From Chloroflexota bacterium (GTDB taxonomy: Bacteria; Chloroflexota; Dehalococcoidia; Lucifugimonadales; UBA3495), in the NCBI GenBank assembly GCA_027623675.1, contig JAQBVF010000004.1:87490-151489 (forward strand): a stretch of DNA of 64,000 nt, read 5' to 3'. Positions within the stretch are counted from its first letter, which is position 1. Each line of letters begins with the position of its first letter. The position numbers were made by a program, and so were the translations under genes. This document shows positions 1 through 10,439 of this stretch, one piece after another. Below the pieces are notes generated by a model. That model worked only from the letters and a program-made list of their open reading frames with translations. It searched no databases and was not told the origin of the DNA.

Positions 1-2
1 AG

Positions 3-326
3 AATATCGAGGGCAACCCCTATATCGCTCTGCTGTTCTGCATACCAGGCATCAACGACACTGTCCGCGTCAACGGCAAGGTCACCATCGTCAATAGAGA
101 GGAACTCCAACGGCAGAACATCGAACTGTCCCTCTACGAGACCGACGACAACTCCAAGCACCTACAAGGGATGCTCGTTGAGGTTGAAGAGTCCTACGGA
201 CATTGCCCCCGGGCCTTCAAATTCTCCAAGCTCTGGGACCCCGGCGAGATCGCCAAGAATCAGTCATCTTCGCCCATCCCAGAACGCACGGATGAGAACT
301 ACTACAGCCACCAAGAGGGCGCATAG
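3..326 (+). CDS. Pyridoxamine 5'-phosphate oxidase family (MSMEG_1061-like) flavoprotein, 3' part (5' end outside window)
   Basis: Not in the ORF track. Manual translation from base 3: NIEGNPYIALLFCIPGINDTVRVNG...EESYGHCPRAFKFSKLWD...*, matching the family's C-terminal motifs. TAG at 324-326. Confidence 0.75.
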   Translation, partial: NIEGNPYIALLFCIPGINDTVRVNGKVTIVNREELQRQNIELSLYETDDNSKHLQGMLVEVEESYGHCPRAFKFSKLWDPGEIAKNQSSSPIPERTDENYYSHQEGA

Positions 327-364
327 CCGGCAGAGACCGGCAGTAGATCGAGAGGAAATCATGG

Positions 365-398
365 GAGGCGCCGGACATTTGTCCGGCGCCTCTTTTTC
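365..398 (+). terminator. Intrinsic terminator
   Basis: GAGGCGCCGGACA / TGTCCGGCGCCTC stem followed by a T-run. Confidence 0.8.
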
Positions 399-469
399 GC
401 GTTTGGAACCAGTCTGAAAAGGTCTTTAGAACCCTCCTGGTGGGAGGAATTTCTTGGGGCCGGTCTCGG

Positions 470-498
470 TTTACAACGACGATGACCCACCGTAAGAT
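470..498 (+). promoter_or_regulatory. Putative sigma70 promoter for the M16 protease
   Basis: TTTACA-17bp-TAAGAT. Confidence 0.5.
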
Positions 499-540
499 GG
501 GGTGAAACCTCTAACCCGAATCAACCAAGGATTTCTGCAG

Positions 541-3195
541 ATGGTAACCATCTCGTTTGACAAACATACACTGTCCAACGGCCTGGACGTGATCCTCCAC
601 GAAGACCACACGATTCCACTGATAGCGGTTAATGTTTGGTATCACGTGGGCTCAAAAGACGAAGAGGTTGGCCGCACGGGATTCGCCCACCTATTTGAGC
701 ATGTGATGTTCGAGGGCTCCAAGAACCACAACAGCAGCCACTTCGATCCACTGCAAAAAGCTGGCGCCAACCTGAACGGGTCCACCACGCCAGACCGCAC
801 CAACTACTGGGAGGATGTGCCCACCAATTATCTGGACCTGGCCCTCTGGCTGGAATCAGACCGCATGGGATTTCTGTTGGATGCCCTGGACCAGCAGCGC
901 TTGGACATCCAACGCGACGTGGTCAAGAACGAACGCCGCCAGTCCTACGAGAACCGGCCCTATGGTATGGCCCATGGCACGTTGCAAGAAGCCCTATACC
1001 CGAAACCCCACCCCTATAACTGGATGACCATTGGGTCTCAGGAAGACCTGGACGCGGCAACCCTGGACGATATCAAGAACTTCTTCAAGCGGTTCTATTC
1101 TCCGACCAACGCCAGCCTGGCCATTGCCGGGGATATCGACCCCGGCCAGGTGTTGGAACTGGTCAACCACTACTTCGGCGACCTTCCTCCGGGCGAATCG
1201 GTGCCCCGCCGGGGACGCCATGACTCGTCCTTAAATGGCCGCATCGAATTGGAGATGCGGGACAAAGTCACCCTGCCCAGGTCATACGTCGCCTGGCCGA
1301 CCCCTCCCGAAGGCGACCCCGATGACGCCGCATTGGATGTCTACCAGGCAATCATGTCCGACGGGTTGACCTCCCGCCTGCACCGGTCGTTGGTCTATGA
1401 GAAACAGATCGCCCAGAGCGCGTTCGTTCGGTATCATTCCTCCGAGATCGCCGGTCAGTGCGTCCTCCAACTCACTGCTGCCGAAGGCCATGAATTAGCT
1501 GAGGTGGAAGCAGCCGCCGACGCCGAGATGGCCCGCCTGCTCCGCGAACCGCCCACCGATGAAGAGATAACCAGAGTCAAGAACCGGATCGAAGCCAGCC
1601 ATTTTCGACAGCTAGCCCGCATCGGCGGCTTCGGCGGAATCGCCGACCAACTGAACCATTTCAGTGTCATGTTCAACAACCCCGACCTGATCAACACCAG
1701 TCTGGACAAGTACATGGCGGTGACCCGCGAAGACGTCATCCGAGTAGCCCAGACCCACTTGGGCGACAACCAGGTGCGCCTGCGCGTTCTGCCCGAGCCG
1801 ACCCTGTCATCGTCTGCATCCACTGTTGACCGGACCATCATGCCTTCGCCCAAGAGCGAGCCGGTCTTCACGCCGCCGACGCCGACGCGAACCAGGCTTT
1901 CCAATGGCATGGGCATCTCGGTGGTCGAACAGCGCGGCCTGCCGATCGTGGCCTTTGGTTTGCTGATGGACGCAGGGGCATCCAGAGATCCCGAAAAACT
2001 ACCCGGACTCGCCGGGTTCACCGCCCAGATGCTGCCCGAGGGCACCAAAGCCAAGTCCAGCATGGAGATTGCCCAAGCCTTTGAGTTCATCGGGTCCCGG
2101 CTGTCAACCGACGGACGCCGGGAGTACACCCTGCTCTCAGCCGAGACCCTAACCAAGCACTGGCCCACGGCCCTGGAACTGACCGCCGACCTGGCGCTCA
2201 ACCCCAGCTTTCCTGACCACGAGATTGAGCGGGTCCGCCGCGAGCATCTGACTGATCTCCGGCGGGGCAAAGACGAGCCTAACGCCGTTGCCGAGCAGTT
2301 GATGGCAAGCCTGGTCTTCAAACGTGGTTCGGGCTATGGCCACCCGCTGGCGGGGACCGAAACATCCATCGGCACACTGACCCGCGATGACCTGGTCCAC
2401 CAGTTCACCCGCGACTACAGGCCGGACTCCGCCAACCTGATCGTGGTGGGTGACATCACCGTCGACGAGGTGGTGAAACGCGCGGAGGCTGTGTTCGGCG
2501 GCTGGAAGAGCGGCAACGCCTCGGCCAATGGACGCACGGCCGCTGAGCCGCTCAACGGCGCCGCCACCCTCTATCTGGTTGACCGGCCCGGAGCGCCCCA
2601 ATCGGTGATCCGCACTCTTCACACCACCATTCCGCGGAGCCACCCGGACTACCTGGGGCTAACCCTGATGAACTACGCCTTCGGCGGGCAATTCTCCGCC
2701 CGGCTGAACCAGAACCTACGGCAGGACAAGGGCTACAGCTACGGTTATCAGTCCAACATCCAGTGGTTCCGTGGTCCGTCCCTGATGCTGGCCGGTGGTT
2801 CGGTGCAGACGGAGGTCACCAAGGAATCGGTCTTTGAAACGCTGAAGGAGTTCAACGAGGTCCGCGGCTCCCGGCCCATCACCCAGGAGGAGTTGGATAA
2901 CTCCAAGGCTGGGATATTGAGGAGCTTCCCGGCCAACTTCGAGCGCCCCGGGGCCGTCATGGGCCAGATCTTGCAGATGGTCCAGTTTGACCTTCCCGAT
3001 GACTACCTGCAAAACGTCAGGGGCAATATGGAGGCCATCACCCTGGACGAGGTGCACCGCATCACCCAGGAGTTGGTCCGGCCCGACGAGCTAAAGATAC
3101 TGGTGGTGGGGGACAGGCAGCAGATCGAGACCGGACTTCGGGAATTGGACCTACCCACCGTGATCCTGGACGTGGACGGTGTCGAGACGACCTGA
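541..3195 (+). CDS. M16 family (pitrilysin-like) zinc protease, fused two-module form
   Basis: Inverted zinc motif HLFEH. The second M16 module lacks the motif. ATG 541 follows AAGGA (ORF track starts at 502). Confidence 0.93.
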   Translation: MVTISFDKHTLSNGLDVILHEDHTIPLIAVNVWYHVGSKDEEVGRTGFAHLFEHVMFEGSKNHNSSHFDPLQKAGANLNGSTTPDRTNYWEDVPTNYLDLALWLESDRMGFLLDALDQQRLDIQRDVVKNERRQSYENRPYGMAHGTLQEALYPKPHPYNWMTIGSQEDLDAATLDDIKNFFKRFYSPTNASLAIAGDIDPGQVLELVNHYFGDLPPGESVPRRGRHDSSLNGRIELEMRDKVTLPRSYVAWPTPPEGDPDDAALDVYQAIMSDGLTSRLHRSLVYEKQIAQSAFVRYHSSEIAGQCVLQLTAAEGHELAEVEAAADAEMARLLREPPTDEEITRVKNRIEASHFRQLARIGGFGGIADQLNHFSVMFNNPDLINTSLDKYMAVTREDVIRVAQTHLGDNQVRLRVLPEPTLSSSASTVDRTIMPSPKSEPVFTPPTPTRTRLSNGMGISVVEQRGLPIVAFGLLMDAGASRDPEKLPGLAGFTAQMLPEGTKAKSSMEIAQAFEFIGSRLSTDGRREYTLLSAETLTKHWPTALELTADLALNPSFPDHEIERVRREHLTDLRRGKDEPNAVAEQLMASLVFKRGSGYGHPLAGTETSIGTLTRDDLVHQFTRDYRPDSANLIVVGDITVDEVVKRAEAVFGGWKSGNASANGRTAAEPLNGAATLYLVDRPGAPQSVIRTLHTTIPRSHPDYLGLTLMNYAFGGQFSARLNQNLRQDKGYSYGYQSNIQWFRGPSLMLAGGSVQTEVTKESVFETLKEFNEVRGSRPITQEELDNSKAGILRSFPANFERPGAVMGQILQMVQFDLPDDYLQNVRGNMEAITLDEVHRITQELVRPDELKILVVGDRQQIETGLRELDLPTVILDVDGVETT

Positions 3196-3213
3196 TCCCC
3201 TGGACCATGCAAA

Positions 3214-3246
3214 CAAAAAGGCCCGCCGTTGTGGCGGGCCTTTTTG
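3214..3246. terminator. Bidirectional intrinsic terminator
   Basis: AAAAAGGCCCGCC-gttgt-GGCGGGCCTTTTT between convergent genes. Confidence 0.9.
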
Positions 3247-3277
3247 TTTCAAGACCTGGTTTGCTCAAGACCGGGTT

Positions 3278-4447
3278 CTACCGCTGGGGCCGCTCTCCCA
3301 GGGTCAAGGTCAAGGTCTTACGGGTGCCCGTTCCGTTGGCCGTTCTGAAAACCTCTACCTCCAGTTCCTGACCGGCGCTGAATTCGGTCTTCAACAAGCG
3401 GGTCAGGTCGGACACCGTTGCCACGTCAAACCCTCCGATGTTCACCACTATGTCGCCTGGTTGGATTCCGGCTTTGTCCGAGGGGCCGTCAATCACCGTG
3501 GTCTGGATAATCACGCCTTGGCGGATGGGCAGCCCAACCTCCGCCGCGATCTCGGGCACCAGGTCGGCCAGGAAAACCCCCATCCACGCCCACCGGACAT
3601 GCCCCAACTCGATGAGCTGCTCCGAGACTTGGAGCGCGGTCCCGATATCGATGGCGAAGCCGATGCCTTCAACCACCACGCTCCCGCCACCCTGTCCCGT
3701 TCCCCGCAGCACGGCGGTGTTGATCCCCACCAGGTTCCCGCCTAGGTCGATCAAAGGCCCGCCGCTGTTGCCAGGGTTGATGGAGGTGTCCGTCTGGATA
3801 AGATCGTAGAGGGTCACGCCCGGGGACGATTCGATCGACCTGCCCAAGGCCGAAACAACGCCAACCGTGACGGTGGGTCCACCTGGCAAGGCCAGGGCGT
3901 TTCCGATGGCTATAACCCAGTCGCCGGCGCGCAGGCCGCCGTTCTCTCGCACAGGCATCGCGGGATATTTGTCTCCCGGCAAACGCAGGACAGCCAGGTC
4001 CGACAAGCGGTCGGCGCCCACGATCTCTGCCACCTCTTGGCTGCCGTCGTCCATGGTTACGGTGATCTTCACGGCATCTTCGATCACATGGTTGTTCGTC
4101 AACACCAAGCCCGACTCGTCAAAGATGACGCCGGTCCCGCTGCCGAAGCCTTTTTGCTGCCGCCCGAACCGGTCCTGGGTCACGATCTCGGCAACAACTG
4201 AGACCACCGACGGCCTGACCCGCTCCACCGTATCGGCTATGTTGGGCAACCGCAGCGAGTCCATCTCGGCTGTTGTGCCTGAGACCGGCGCCGTTGTTGC
4301 CGCGGTTGAGCCAACCGGCGTTGCATTTGCGTCGGCATCGCCGCCGGCGCAGGCAACCACGGTCAATACAGCCAGCATCGCCAAAGCGAGGAACGCCCGG
4401 CCCGGCTTCAGCATCATTGACCTGATCGTGTAACTAAGACCACTCAT
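3278..4447 (-). CDS. htrA: HtrA/DegP-like trypsin serine protease with PDZ domain, probable lipoprotein
   Basis: TNNHV, DLAVL and GNSGG catalytic triad motifs; C-terminal PDZ; lipobox VVAC. Confidence 0.9.
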   Translation of the reverse strand: MSGLSYTIRSMMLKPGRAFLALAMLAVLTVVACAGGDADANATPVGSTAATTAPVSGTTAEMDSLRLPNIADTVERVRPSVVSVVAEIVTQDRFGRQQKGFGSGTGVIFDESGLVLTNNHVIEDAVKITVTMDDGSQEVAEIVGADRLSDLAVLRLPGDKYPAMPVRENGGLRAGDWVIAIGNALALPGGPTVTVGVVSALGRSIESSPGVTLYDLIQTDTSINPGNSGGPLIDLGGNLVGINTAVLRGTGQGGGSVVVEGIGFAIDIGTALQVSEQLIELGHVRWAWMGVFLADLVPEIAAEVGLPIRQGVIIQTTVIDGPSDKAGIQPGDIVVNIGGFDVATVSDLTRLLKTEFSAGQELEVEVFRTANGTGTRKTLTLTLGERPQR

Positions 4448-4471
4448 CAAAATTCCCTTAAGTCCAAATCC

Positions 4472-5203
4472 CTAAAACCCCTTGGCCGCCTCGCGCTGGA
4501 TCCGAAATAGGGGTTCCATACCCCGCGACGCCAAAGACAGCACCTCTTCCACTTTGTGGCGCGGGAACGGCTGGGCCTCCGTGGCCCCCTGAATCTCAAC
4601 CAGTCCTCCCCGAGAGGTGAGCACCACGTTGAAATCCACGTCGGCGGCGAAGTCTTCTTCATAGCAAAGGTCGAGCAGCAGTTGACCGTCCAGAATACCC
4701 ACGCTGATCGCCGCCACGGGACACAGGAGCGGCAATCTGGTCAACACCCGGTTCTTGACCAGCATTGCCAACGCCTGGTGCAGGGCCACGTAGGCCCCGG
4801 TGATGGCGGCGGTCCTGGTGCCGGCGTCAGCTTGGATCACGTCGCAGTCGATCTGCACGGTGCGCTCGCCCAGTGCGTTAAGGTCGGTGACCGCTCGCAG
4901 GGAACGCCCGATGAGCCGCTGAATCTCTTGCGAACGCCCGCTGGGTTTGCCGTCGTCCCGTTCGCGAGACGTCCGGGTGTTGGTGGACCGGGGGAGCATG
5001 GAGTACTCCGCCGTAACCCAGCCCTTGCCCTGGCCCCGCAGGAATCCGGGAACGCGCTCTTCCAGCGACGCCGCGCAGAGCACCTTGGTGGCGCCCATCT
5101 CGATCAATGCCGAACCCTCGGCGTATTTCTGATAACCGGGCGTGATGATCGTGGGGCGGTGTTCGTCCCAGGCGCGTCCGTCCGGTCTGGAATGATTAGC
5201 CAA
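4472..5203 (-). CDS. rph: Ribonuclease PH
   Basis: RPDGR, GWVTAEYSMLP, RSQEIQRLIGRSLR, DAGTRTA motifs. Likely TTG start at 5203 (ORF track extends to 5254). Confidence 0.95.
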   Translation of the reverse strand: MANHSRPDGRAWDEHRPTIITPGYQKYAEGSALIEMGATKVLCAASLEERVPGFLRGQGKGWVTAEYSMLPRSTNTRTSRERDDGKPSGRSQEIQRLIGRSLRAVTDLNALGERTVQIDCDVIQADAGTRTAAITGAYVALHQALAMLVKNRVLTRLPLLCPVAAISVGILDGQLLLDLCYEEDFAADVDFNVVLTSRGGLVEIQGATEAQPFPRHKVEEVLSLASRGMEPLFRIQREAAKGF

Positions 5204-5340
5204 TCGTCGACAAAACCTCTCGCGTGATTCTAGACACGGCCATATTACGGCCATCTTTTGCTTATCTTGGTGAAGGCCCTAGGGGAGTCTAGTAGTCAAA
5301 AACCAAGTATACATCAGCACTTGTTCATCAAACTCAAAGC

Positions 5341-7758
5341 TCACCGTTCCGTGTTCACCCATAATTCCGCGCCGTCGGTCACAAACTCCACATCGCCCAT
5401 CAGGTCGGTGCGGTAGACGTTTTGGGCGCCGGTCTGCTTCTCAAGCCGCTCCATCACCGCAGGGCTGGGGTGGCCGTAGGAGTTGTCTCCGCCCACCGAC
5501 ACCAATACCGCCGTGGGATTGACTCCGCTGATGAACCCGGCGGTGGAGGATGTATTGCTGCCGTGGTGGGCGGCTTTCAGGACCGTGCTCTCTAGGCCAG
5601 CGTCTCCCGACACCAACACTGATTCCGTCTCCGCTTCGATGTCCGCCGTCAGCAGAAAGCTGATTGAACCGTAGGTAACCCTCAGCACCACGGAGCCGTT
5701 ATTGCCGGAATCACTGAACGATGGGCCGGGGCCGGGATGCAATACCTCCACCGTGACGCCCGAGCCCAGGTCTACCTGATAGCCTCGGCTGACCGGCACG
5801 ACCTTCACCTGGTTGCGCTCTACTCCAGCCTGCCACTGGGCGTACATGGCTGGGCCAGGTGATGCCACTCCGGTCAGCGCCGCACCCACCTCGTAATCGT
5901 CGAGCACCTTGATCAGACCCCGGCTGTGGTCCGCGTCCAGGTGGGTCATCACCACCAGGTCCAGACTGCGGTCGTTGCTGGGCATCACGTCGCTCAGGGC
6001 ACTTAGGGCGCTATCCGTCGCCGGGCCTCCGTCGACCAGCACCTGGCGTCCTTCAGGGGTGACTATCAACGTGCTGTCGCCTTGGCCTACGTCCAGGAAA
6101 TATACGTGCAGGTTTCCGTCGCCGCTGGACCCGACCTGCCACCAGATCATCGCGGCTCCCACGGCCACCACCACGGCGCTGAACATGACCGGCATGGCCC
6201 CGATTAAGCTGGCGCTGGTTTGCCGAGACCTCGACTGGGCTTTCCACTGGCCGAGACGCTCCCACAATAACCTGGTGCGCCGTGGGCTCATCAGAAGCAA
6301 AAGTCCAGCCAACGCTGAATACCAGACGATCACCAGCCAGCCGCCGGCCCATCCGGTCTGCACGGTCGAGCCGGGAGCCGCTTCGACCAACCCGATGAGA
6401 TAGCTGATGGGCGCCCAGGCCAGCCAGCCGGCCCATTGGCCCAGGACCACGCTGAACATCCCAAGCACCGCCGCCACCAGCGTGCCAACCATGATGAACG
6501 GCATGGCCGGGAGCGCCAGCACAGTGACGATCACCCCAAGCAGGGCCACCTCCTGGAAATTGAACGCCACCAGCGGCCAGGTTGCCAACGCCGCGGCTAA
6601 AGAGATCATCAGGGCTAAGCCGATGGGGCGGAGCGGTTTTAACACCCATGGCTGGTTCGGGGTCTCCGGCCTTGGCCATTCGGGTATAACCGTCTGCGCC
6701 AGCGAGATTCCACCCACGGCTGCGAAGCTAAGCTGGAAGGACACCCGCTGCACGATCTCCGGTGAGATGGCGCTCATCGCCGCCGCGCTGAACGCCAATG
6801 CCGGCAGGATGCTGCCCGGACGCCCCAATGCCATCGCCGCCAGATAAACGCTGCCCATGATTGCCGCCCGCACCACCGAGGGCGGCAATCCCGATACCAA
6901 TGCGTAAGCCCAAACGGCGATGAACGGCACGATCAGAAAATATTGGCCGCGCCGTCCAAATAACCAGGACGCGGCGGCAACGAACATGACCACCAGAACG
7001 CCGACATGCAGTCCCGATATTGCCAGCAGATGGGACGTGCCGGTGCTGCGGAAGTCCTGGACCAACTCGGGCGGCAGACGGCTCCGCTGGCCCAGGAGCA
7101 TCGCCTGTCCCAGGGCCGACTGGGGATAGGGCAAAACGTCTTCGATGCTTTCTGACAACCGGCCACGCAGCGAATAGGGCCATGCCCGCCAACCGCCGTC
7201 CTCTCCTGTCACCACTGCTGAATCGGCAAAAACGATGCCGCTTATGCCCTGGTTAGCCAGGTACGCCGGATAGTCGAAACCGCCAAATGGCTTGGGCTGG
7301 TCCAGCCGCCCGGAAACGGAAACCAGGTCGCCGTAGTCGAAGTAGGGTGGCGGTCTACTTGAAACGAGGTCATCGGGAGGATCGGCCCACACCAGCACCT
7401 TGCTCTCGGCCGGCACCGGTCCGTCTCCCAGGTCCGCCGCCCGCACGTCCAGCGTGAATCCGACTCTGGCGCCGGATAGCTCCGGGTCGCTGACGATGCG
7501 CCCTTTCAGAGACACGCTGGCCGTTCCCTGAGCGGTCAATCCCGGCAACGGGCCTGAAACGGAGTCGGCCCGCCACACGCCCACCAACAAAATCGCCGCC
7601 AAAATCGCGGGAAAGGACGAAAGGCCGCGGAGGCGCAGGGCCAGGCCCATGCAGACAGAACCGCCAAGGAGCAGCAGCAAGGGTGTAAGCGGGGCACTGG
7701 TTTCCAGTCCAACCAGGACGCCAAGCAGCCATGCCGCTGCCATGAAAGCCAGCTTCAT
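5341..7758 (-). CDS. comEC: DNA uptake competence protein ComEC/Rec2
   Basis: HLLAISGLH competence domain, many TM helices, C-terminal MBL domain (DVGQGD, THLDADH, HHGS). Confidence 0.95.
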   Translation of the reverse strand: MKLAFMAAAWLLGVLVGLETSAPLTPLLLLLGGSVCMGLALRLRGLSSFPAILAAILLVGVWRADSVSGPLPGLTAQGTASVSLKGRIVSDPELSGARVGFTLDVRAADLGDGPVPAESKVLVWADPPDDLVSSRPPPYFDYGDLVSVSGRLDQPKPFGGFDYPAYLANQGISGIVFADSAVVTGEDGGWRAWPYSLRGRLSESIEDVLPYPQSALGQAMLLGQRSRLPPELVQDFRSTGTSHLLAISGLHVGVLVVMFVAAASWLFGRRGQYFLIVPFIAVWAYALVSGLPPSVVRAAIMGSVYLAAMALGRPGSILPALAFSAAAMSAISPEIVQRVSFQLSFAAVGGISLAQTVIPEWPRPETPNQPWVLKPLRPIGLALMISLAAALATWPLVAFNFQEVALLGVIVTVLALPAMPFIMVGTLVAAVLGMFSVVLGQWAGWLAWAPISYLIGLVEAAPGSTVQTGWAGGWLVIVWYSALAGLLLLMSPRRTRLLWERLGQWKAQSRSRQTSASLIGAMPVMFSAVVVAVGAAMIWWQVGSSGDGNLHVYFLDVGQGDSTLIVTPEGRQVLVDGGPATDSALSALSDVMPSNDRSLDLVVMTHLDADHSRGLIKVLDDYEVGAALTGVASPGPAMYAQWQAGVERNQVKVVPVSRGYQVDLGSGVTVEVLHPGPGPSFSDSGNNGSVVLRVTYGSISFLLTADIEAETESVLVSGDAGLESTVLKAAHHGSNTSSTAGFISGVNPTAVLVSVGGDNSYGHPSPAVMERLEKQTGAQNVYRTDLMGDVEFVTDGAELWVNTER

Positions 7759-7813
7759 GGGCGTTGAAGATGCGAGTGGATTGAGGCTGCTGCGCCAACC
7801 GGTCGGACGGCGC

Positions 7814-8443
7814 TCACCGAAGGCCTGACACCGTGACCAAGTCCCGGATGTTCTGGTAGGTCACCGGGCCGATCTTGGGAACTTCCTGGACCTCGGCGAC
7901 GGACTGAAAAGGGCGGATATTCTCCCTGTAGGAAATTATGGCCGCCGCCAACGCCGGTCCGATGCCCGGGAGGGTGTCCAGCAGGGCGGCGGACGCCAGG
8001 TTCAGGTCGATCAGGCCGCCGGTCTGACCCTGCGTTTGGGCCGGCGGCAGGTTGGCGATGGGAGGAGGGGCTTCACCGATCTTGGCGATGTAATATTCGG
8101 TCTGGTCTACCACCCGCAGCGCCAGATTGATGCCGTCCAGATTGGCGTCTTCGGCGGGGCCGCCTGCCGCAGTCAGGGCGTCGGCGATCCGGCTGTCGGG
8201 TGGAAGGGTGTAGACCCCGGGCCGTACCACGGCCCCGTTCACGTACACCCTGACATCAGTAAGCGGAGGCGCACTGGGGGGGAACGGAGCGGCCTGGCCG
8301 CTGGCGCCAGACTGTGGCGCGATTACCCGGACCGGCGCATTGTCGTCTTGGCGGGCCAGCAAGACCACCGCGCCCAACACCGCGGCCACGGCAGCGGCCA
8401 CCAACAACATGAAAGCGATGTTCCGGGCGGTGAGCTCCGGCAT
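7814..8443 (-). CDS. comEA: ComEA DNA receptor (TM + SLBB + helix-hairpin-helix)
   Basis: VNGAVVRPGVY SLBB domain; LDTLPGIGP and VPKIGP HhH motifs; directly upstream of comEC. Confidence 0.92.
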   Translation of the reverse strand: MPELTARNIAFMLLVAAAVAAVLGAVVLLARQDDNAPVRVIAPQSGASGQAAPFPPSAPPLTDVRVYVNGAVVRPGVYTLPPDSRIADALTAAGGPAEDANLDGINLALRVVDQTEYYIAKIGEAPPPIANLPPAQTQGQTGGLIDLNLASAALLDTLPGIGPALAAAIISYRENIRPFQSVAEVQEVPKIGPVTYQNIRDLVTVSGLR

Positions 8444-8579
8444 GCCCTTCCCCAGCCTGTATCTCGCGTTTGGCGTCTAGCGGGCCTGGAAGCGTCGCAG
8501 TCTCGGGGCTCCAGGTTGTACTAGCTGTGGCTGTCCGATTATAATTCAGCGCACAATCCAATTAAAGGGGGGTCTCCCT

Positions 8580-9545
8580 GTGGCCAAGAACAAGCCATCC
8601 GTCAACGGCAATCAACAACTGCACGCCTTTTTCCAGGGCGCTGTGGTACCGATGGATGAGGCCAAGGTGAGCGTAACCACCCACGCGCTGCATTATGGCA
8701 CCGCCGTATTCGAGGGCATCCGGGGCAACTGGAATGAAGAACAGGGCAAGATGTTCATCTTCCGCATGCGCGAGCACTACGAGCGCCTGATTCGCGGCTG
8801 CAAGATACTCCTGCTGGATATTCCCTATACCGCCCAACAGCTTTGTGACATAACCGTGGACCTAGTCGAGCGCAATGGGCACCAGACGGACATATATATC
8901 CGGCCTTTGGCCTACAAGAGCGCCGAAGTGGTGGCCAACCTGAAGTTGCAGGAACTCGCCAGCGACTTTACTCTGGTCACCGTGCCCTTCGGAAACTACC
9001 TGGGCACCGACATCCTCAAGTGCTGCACATCGTCTTGGCGGCGGGTCGACGACAACATGATTCCGACCCAGATCAAGAGCGCCGGCATCTACGTGAACAG
9101 CATGCTGGCCAAGACCGAAGCCACCCTGGCCGGGTTCGACGAAGCAATCATCTTGAACCAAGACGGCCACGTTTCGGAAGGCTCCGGCGAGAACGTGTTC
9201 ATGGTCGCCGGAGGCAAGCTGCACACGCCCAGCCTGGAGGACAACGCTCTGCCGGGTATCACCAGAGAGACCGTCCTCCAATTGGCCCAGGCTGAATTGG
9301 GTCTCGAGGTCGTGGAGCGCAGCATCGACCGCAGCGAACTCTATCTGTGCGACGAGGTTTTCCTCAGCGGCACGGCCGCCCACCTAACTCCGGTGGTTGA
9401 GCTGGACCGCCGCCTGATCGCCGACGGGGAGCCTGGTCCGGTATCGATGGCGCTACAGAAGCTATACTTCGACATCGTGGTGGGCCGGAATCCCAAGTAT
9501 CTTCATTGGTGCACATCGGTGACCCCTCGAGTGGTGACTGTTTAG
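8580..9545 (+). CDS. ilvE: Branched-chain amino acid aminotransferase
   Basis: ALHYGTAVFEGIR, EGSGENVF, LPGITR, GTAA motifs. Confidence 0.95.
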   Translation: MAKNKPSVNGNQQLHAFFQGAVVPMDEAKVSVTTHALHYGTAVFEGIRGNWNEEQGKMFIFRMREHYERLIRGCKILLLDIPYTAQQLCDITVDLVERNGHQTDIYIRPLAYKSAEVVANLKLQELASDFTLVTVPFGNYLGTDILKCCTSSWRRVDDNMIPTQIKSAGIYVNSMLAKTEATLAGFDEAIILNQDGHVSEGSGENVFMVAGGKLHTPSLEDNALPGITRETVLQLAQAELGLEVVERSIDRSELYLCDEVFLSGTAAHLTPVVELDRRLIADGEPGPVSMALQKLYFDIVVGRNPKYLHWCTSVTPRVVTV

Positions 9546-9583
9546 AGAGCAGGCTAGGCGCCCCGTAATCAAGTACACGACCG

Positions 9584-9614
9584 AACGGACGCCCTGATTA
9601 GGGCGTCCGTTTTA
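9584..9614 (+). terminator. Intrinsic terminator after ilvE
   Basis: AACGGACGCCCT-gatt-AGGGCGTCCGTT plus T residues. Confidence 0.85.
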
Positions 9615-9650
9615 ATTTCGGCAATTCCTCCAATATAGGAGCGTTTTAGG

Positions 9651-10280
9651 TTGGTCTGGATCGGTCTGGGGTTACTGTCTTACGCCATCGGCAGCCTGCC
9701 AACTGCCTATCTGTTCACGCGCTATCTGCTGGGCCGCGACATTCGCCAGATGGGCGATTTCAACGCGGGCGCGGCCAACGTCTTTCGGAACGTGGGGGCC
9801 AAGGCCGGGATGGCGGTGGGGGTCATCGACATCCTGAAGGGAGCTTTGGTGATCGTTCTGGCCAAGCTGCTGGTGGACGACACCGGCATGGAGATGATGG
9901 CGGGAGGGGCGGTCTTGGCGGGCCACAACTTCCCGGCCCACCTGCGTTTTCGGGGCGGGCGCGGTGCGGCCACCGCCGTGGGAGTGCTGATCTCCTCGCT
10001 GCCGCTGATCGGACTGCCGGTGGGCGCGTTTTGTCTGACGCTGCTCTACTTCACCAAGAAGGCGATCTATCCGCTGGCCGTGTTCCTGATCGCCATACCC
10101 GTTCTCGCTTGGCCGGCCGGCTACTCGGTCTCGTTGTCCGTCTACGCCGTTGCCGTGCCCATATCCATCGGCCTGAGCCACTTCTACTCCACTCGCATAC
10201 GGAACCGAGGCATTGCCACGGGGTCCACAGACTCTGGAGGTTTCACCGAGACCGGCGATTCCCCAGTCCTTGATGAATAA
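9651..10280 (+). CDS. plsY: Glycerol-3-phosphate acyltransferase PlsY
   Basis: GSLP, DIRQMGDFNAGAAN, DILKG, GHNFP..FRGGRG motifs; hydrophobic. Confidence 0.85.
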   Translation: MVWIGLGLLSYAIGSLPTAYLFTRYLLGRDIRQMGDFNAGAANVFRNVGAKAGMAVGVIDILKGALVIVLAKLLVDDTGMEMMAGGAVLAGHNFPAHLRFRGGRGAATAVGVLISSLPLIGLPVGAFCLTLLYFTKKAIYPLAVFLIAIPVLAWPAGYSVSLSVYAVAVPISIGLSHFYSTRIRNRGIATGSTDSGGFTETGDSPVLDE

Positions 10281-10439
10281 AGCTCAGGATCGGCTGGTAC
10301 GGTGGCTGCCTGGGTCTTGGCGGACGGCCGGGTTTCTGATTCTGGCGTAGGGGCGATCAGGTAGAAGACGCTTTAGTCATGCCCGACCTGGTCCAGACCG
10401 TCCAGCGCTGAAGCGACGCAAATCGGTTATGAGAACAGG

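Noticed and set aside
178..417. 79-aa ORF
   Set aside because: Out of frame with the real PPOX-family CDS (3-326) and crosses its terminator
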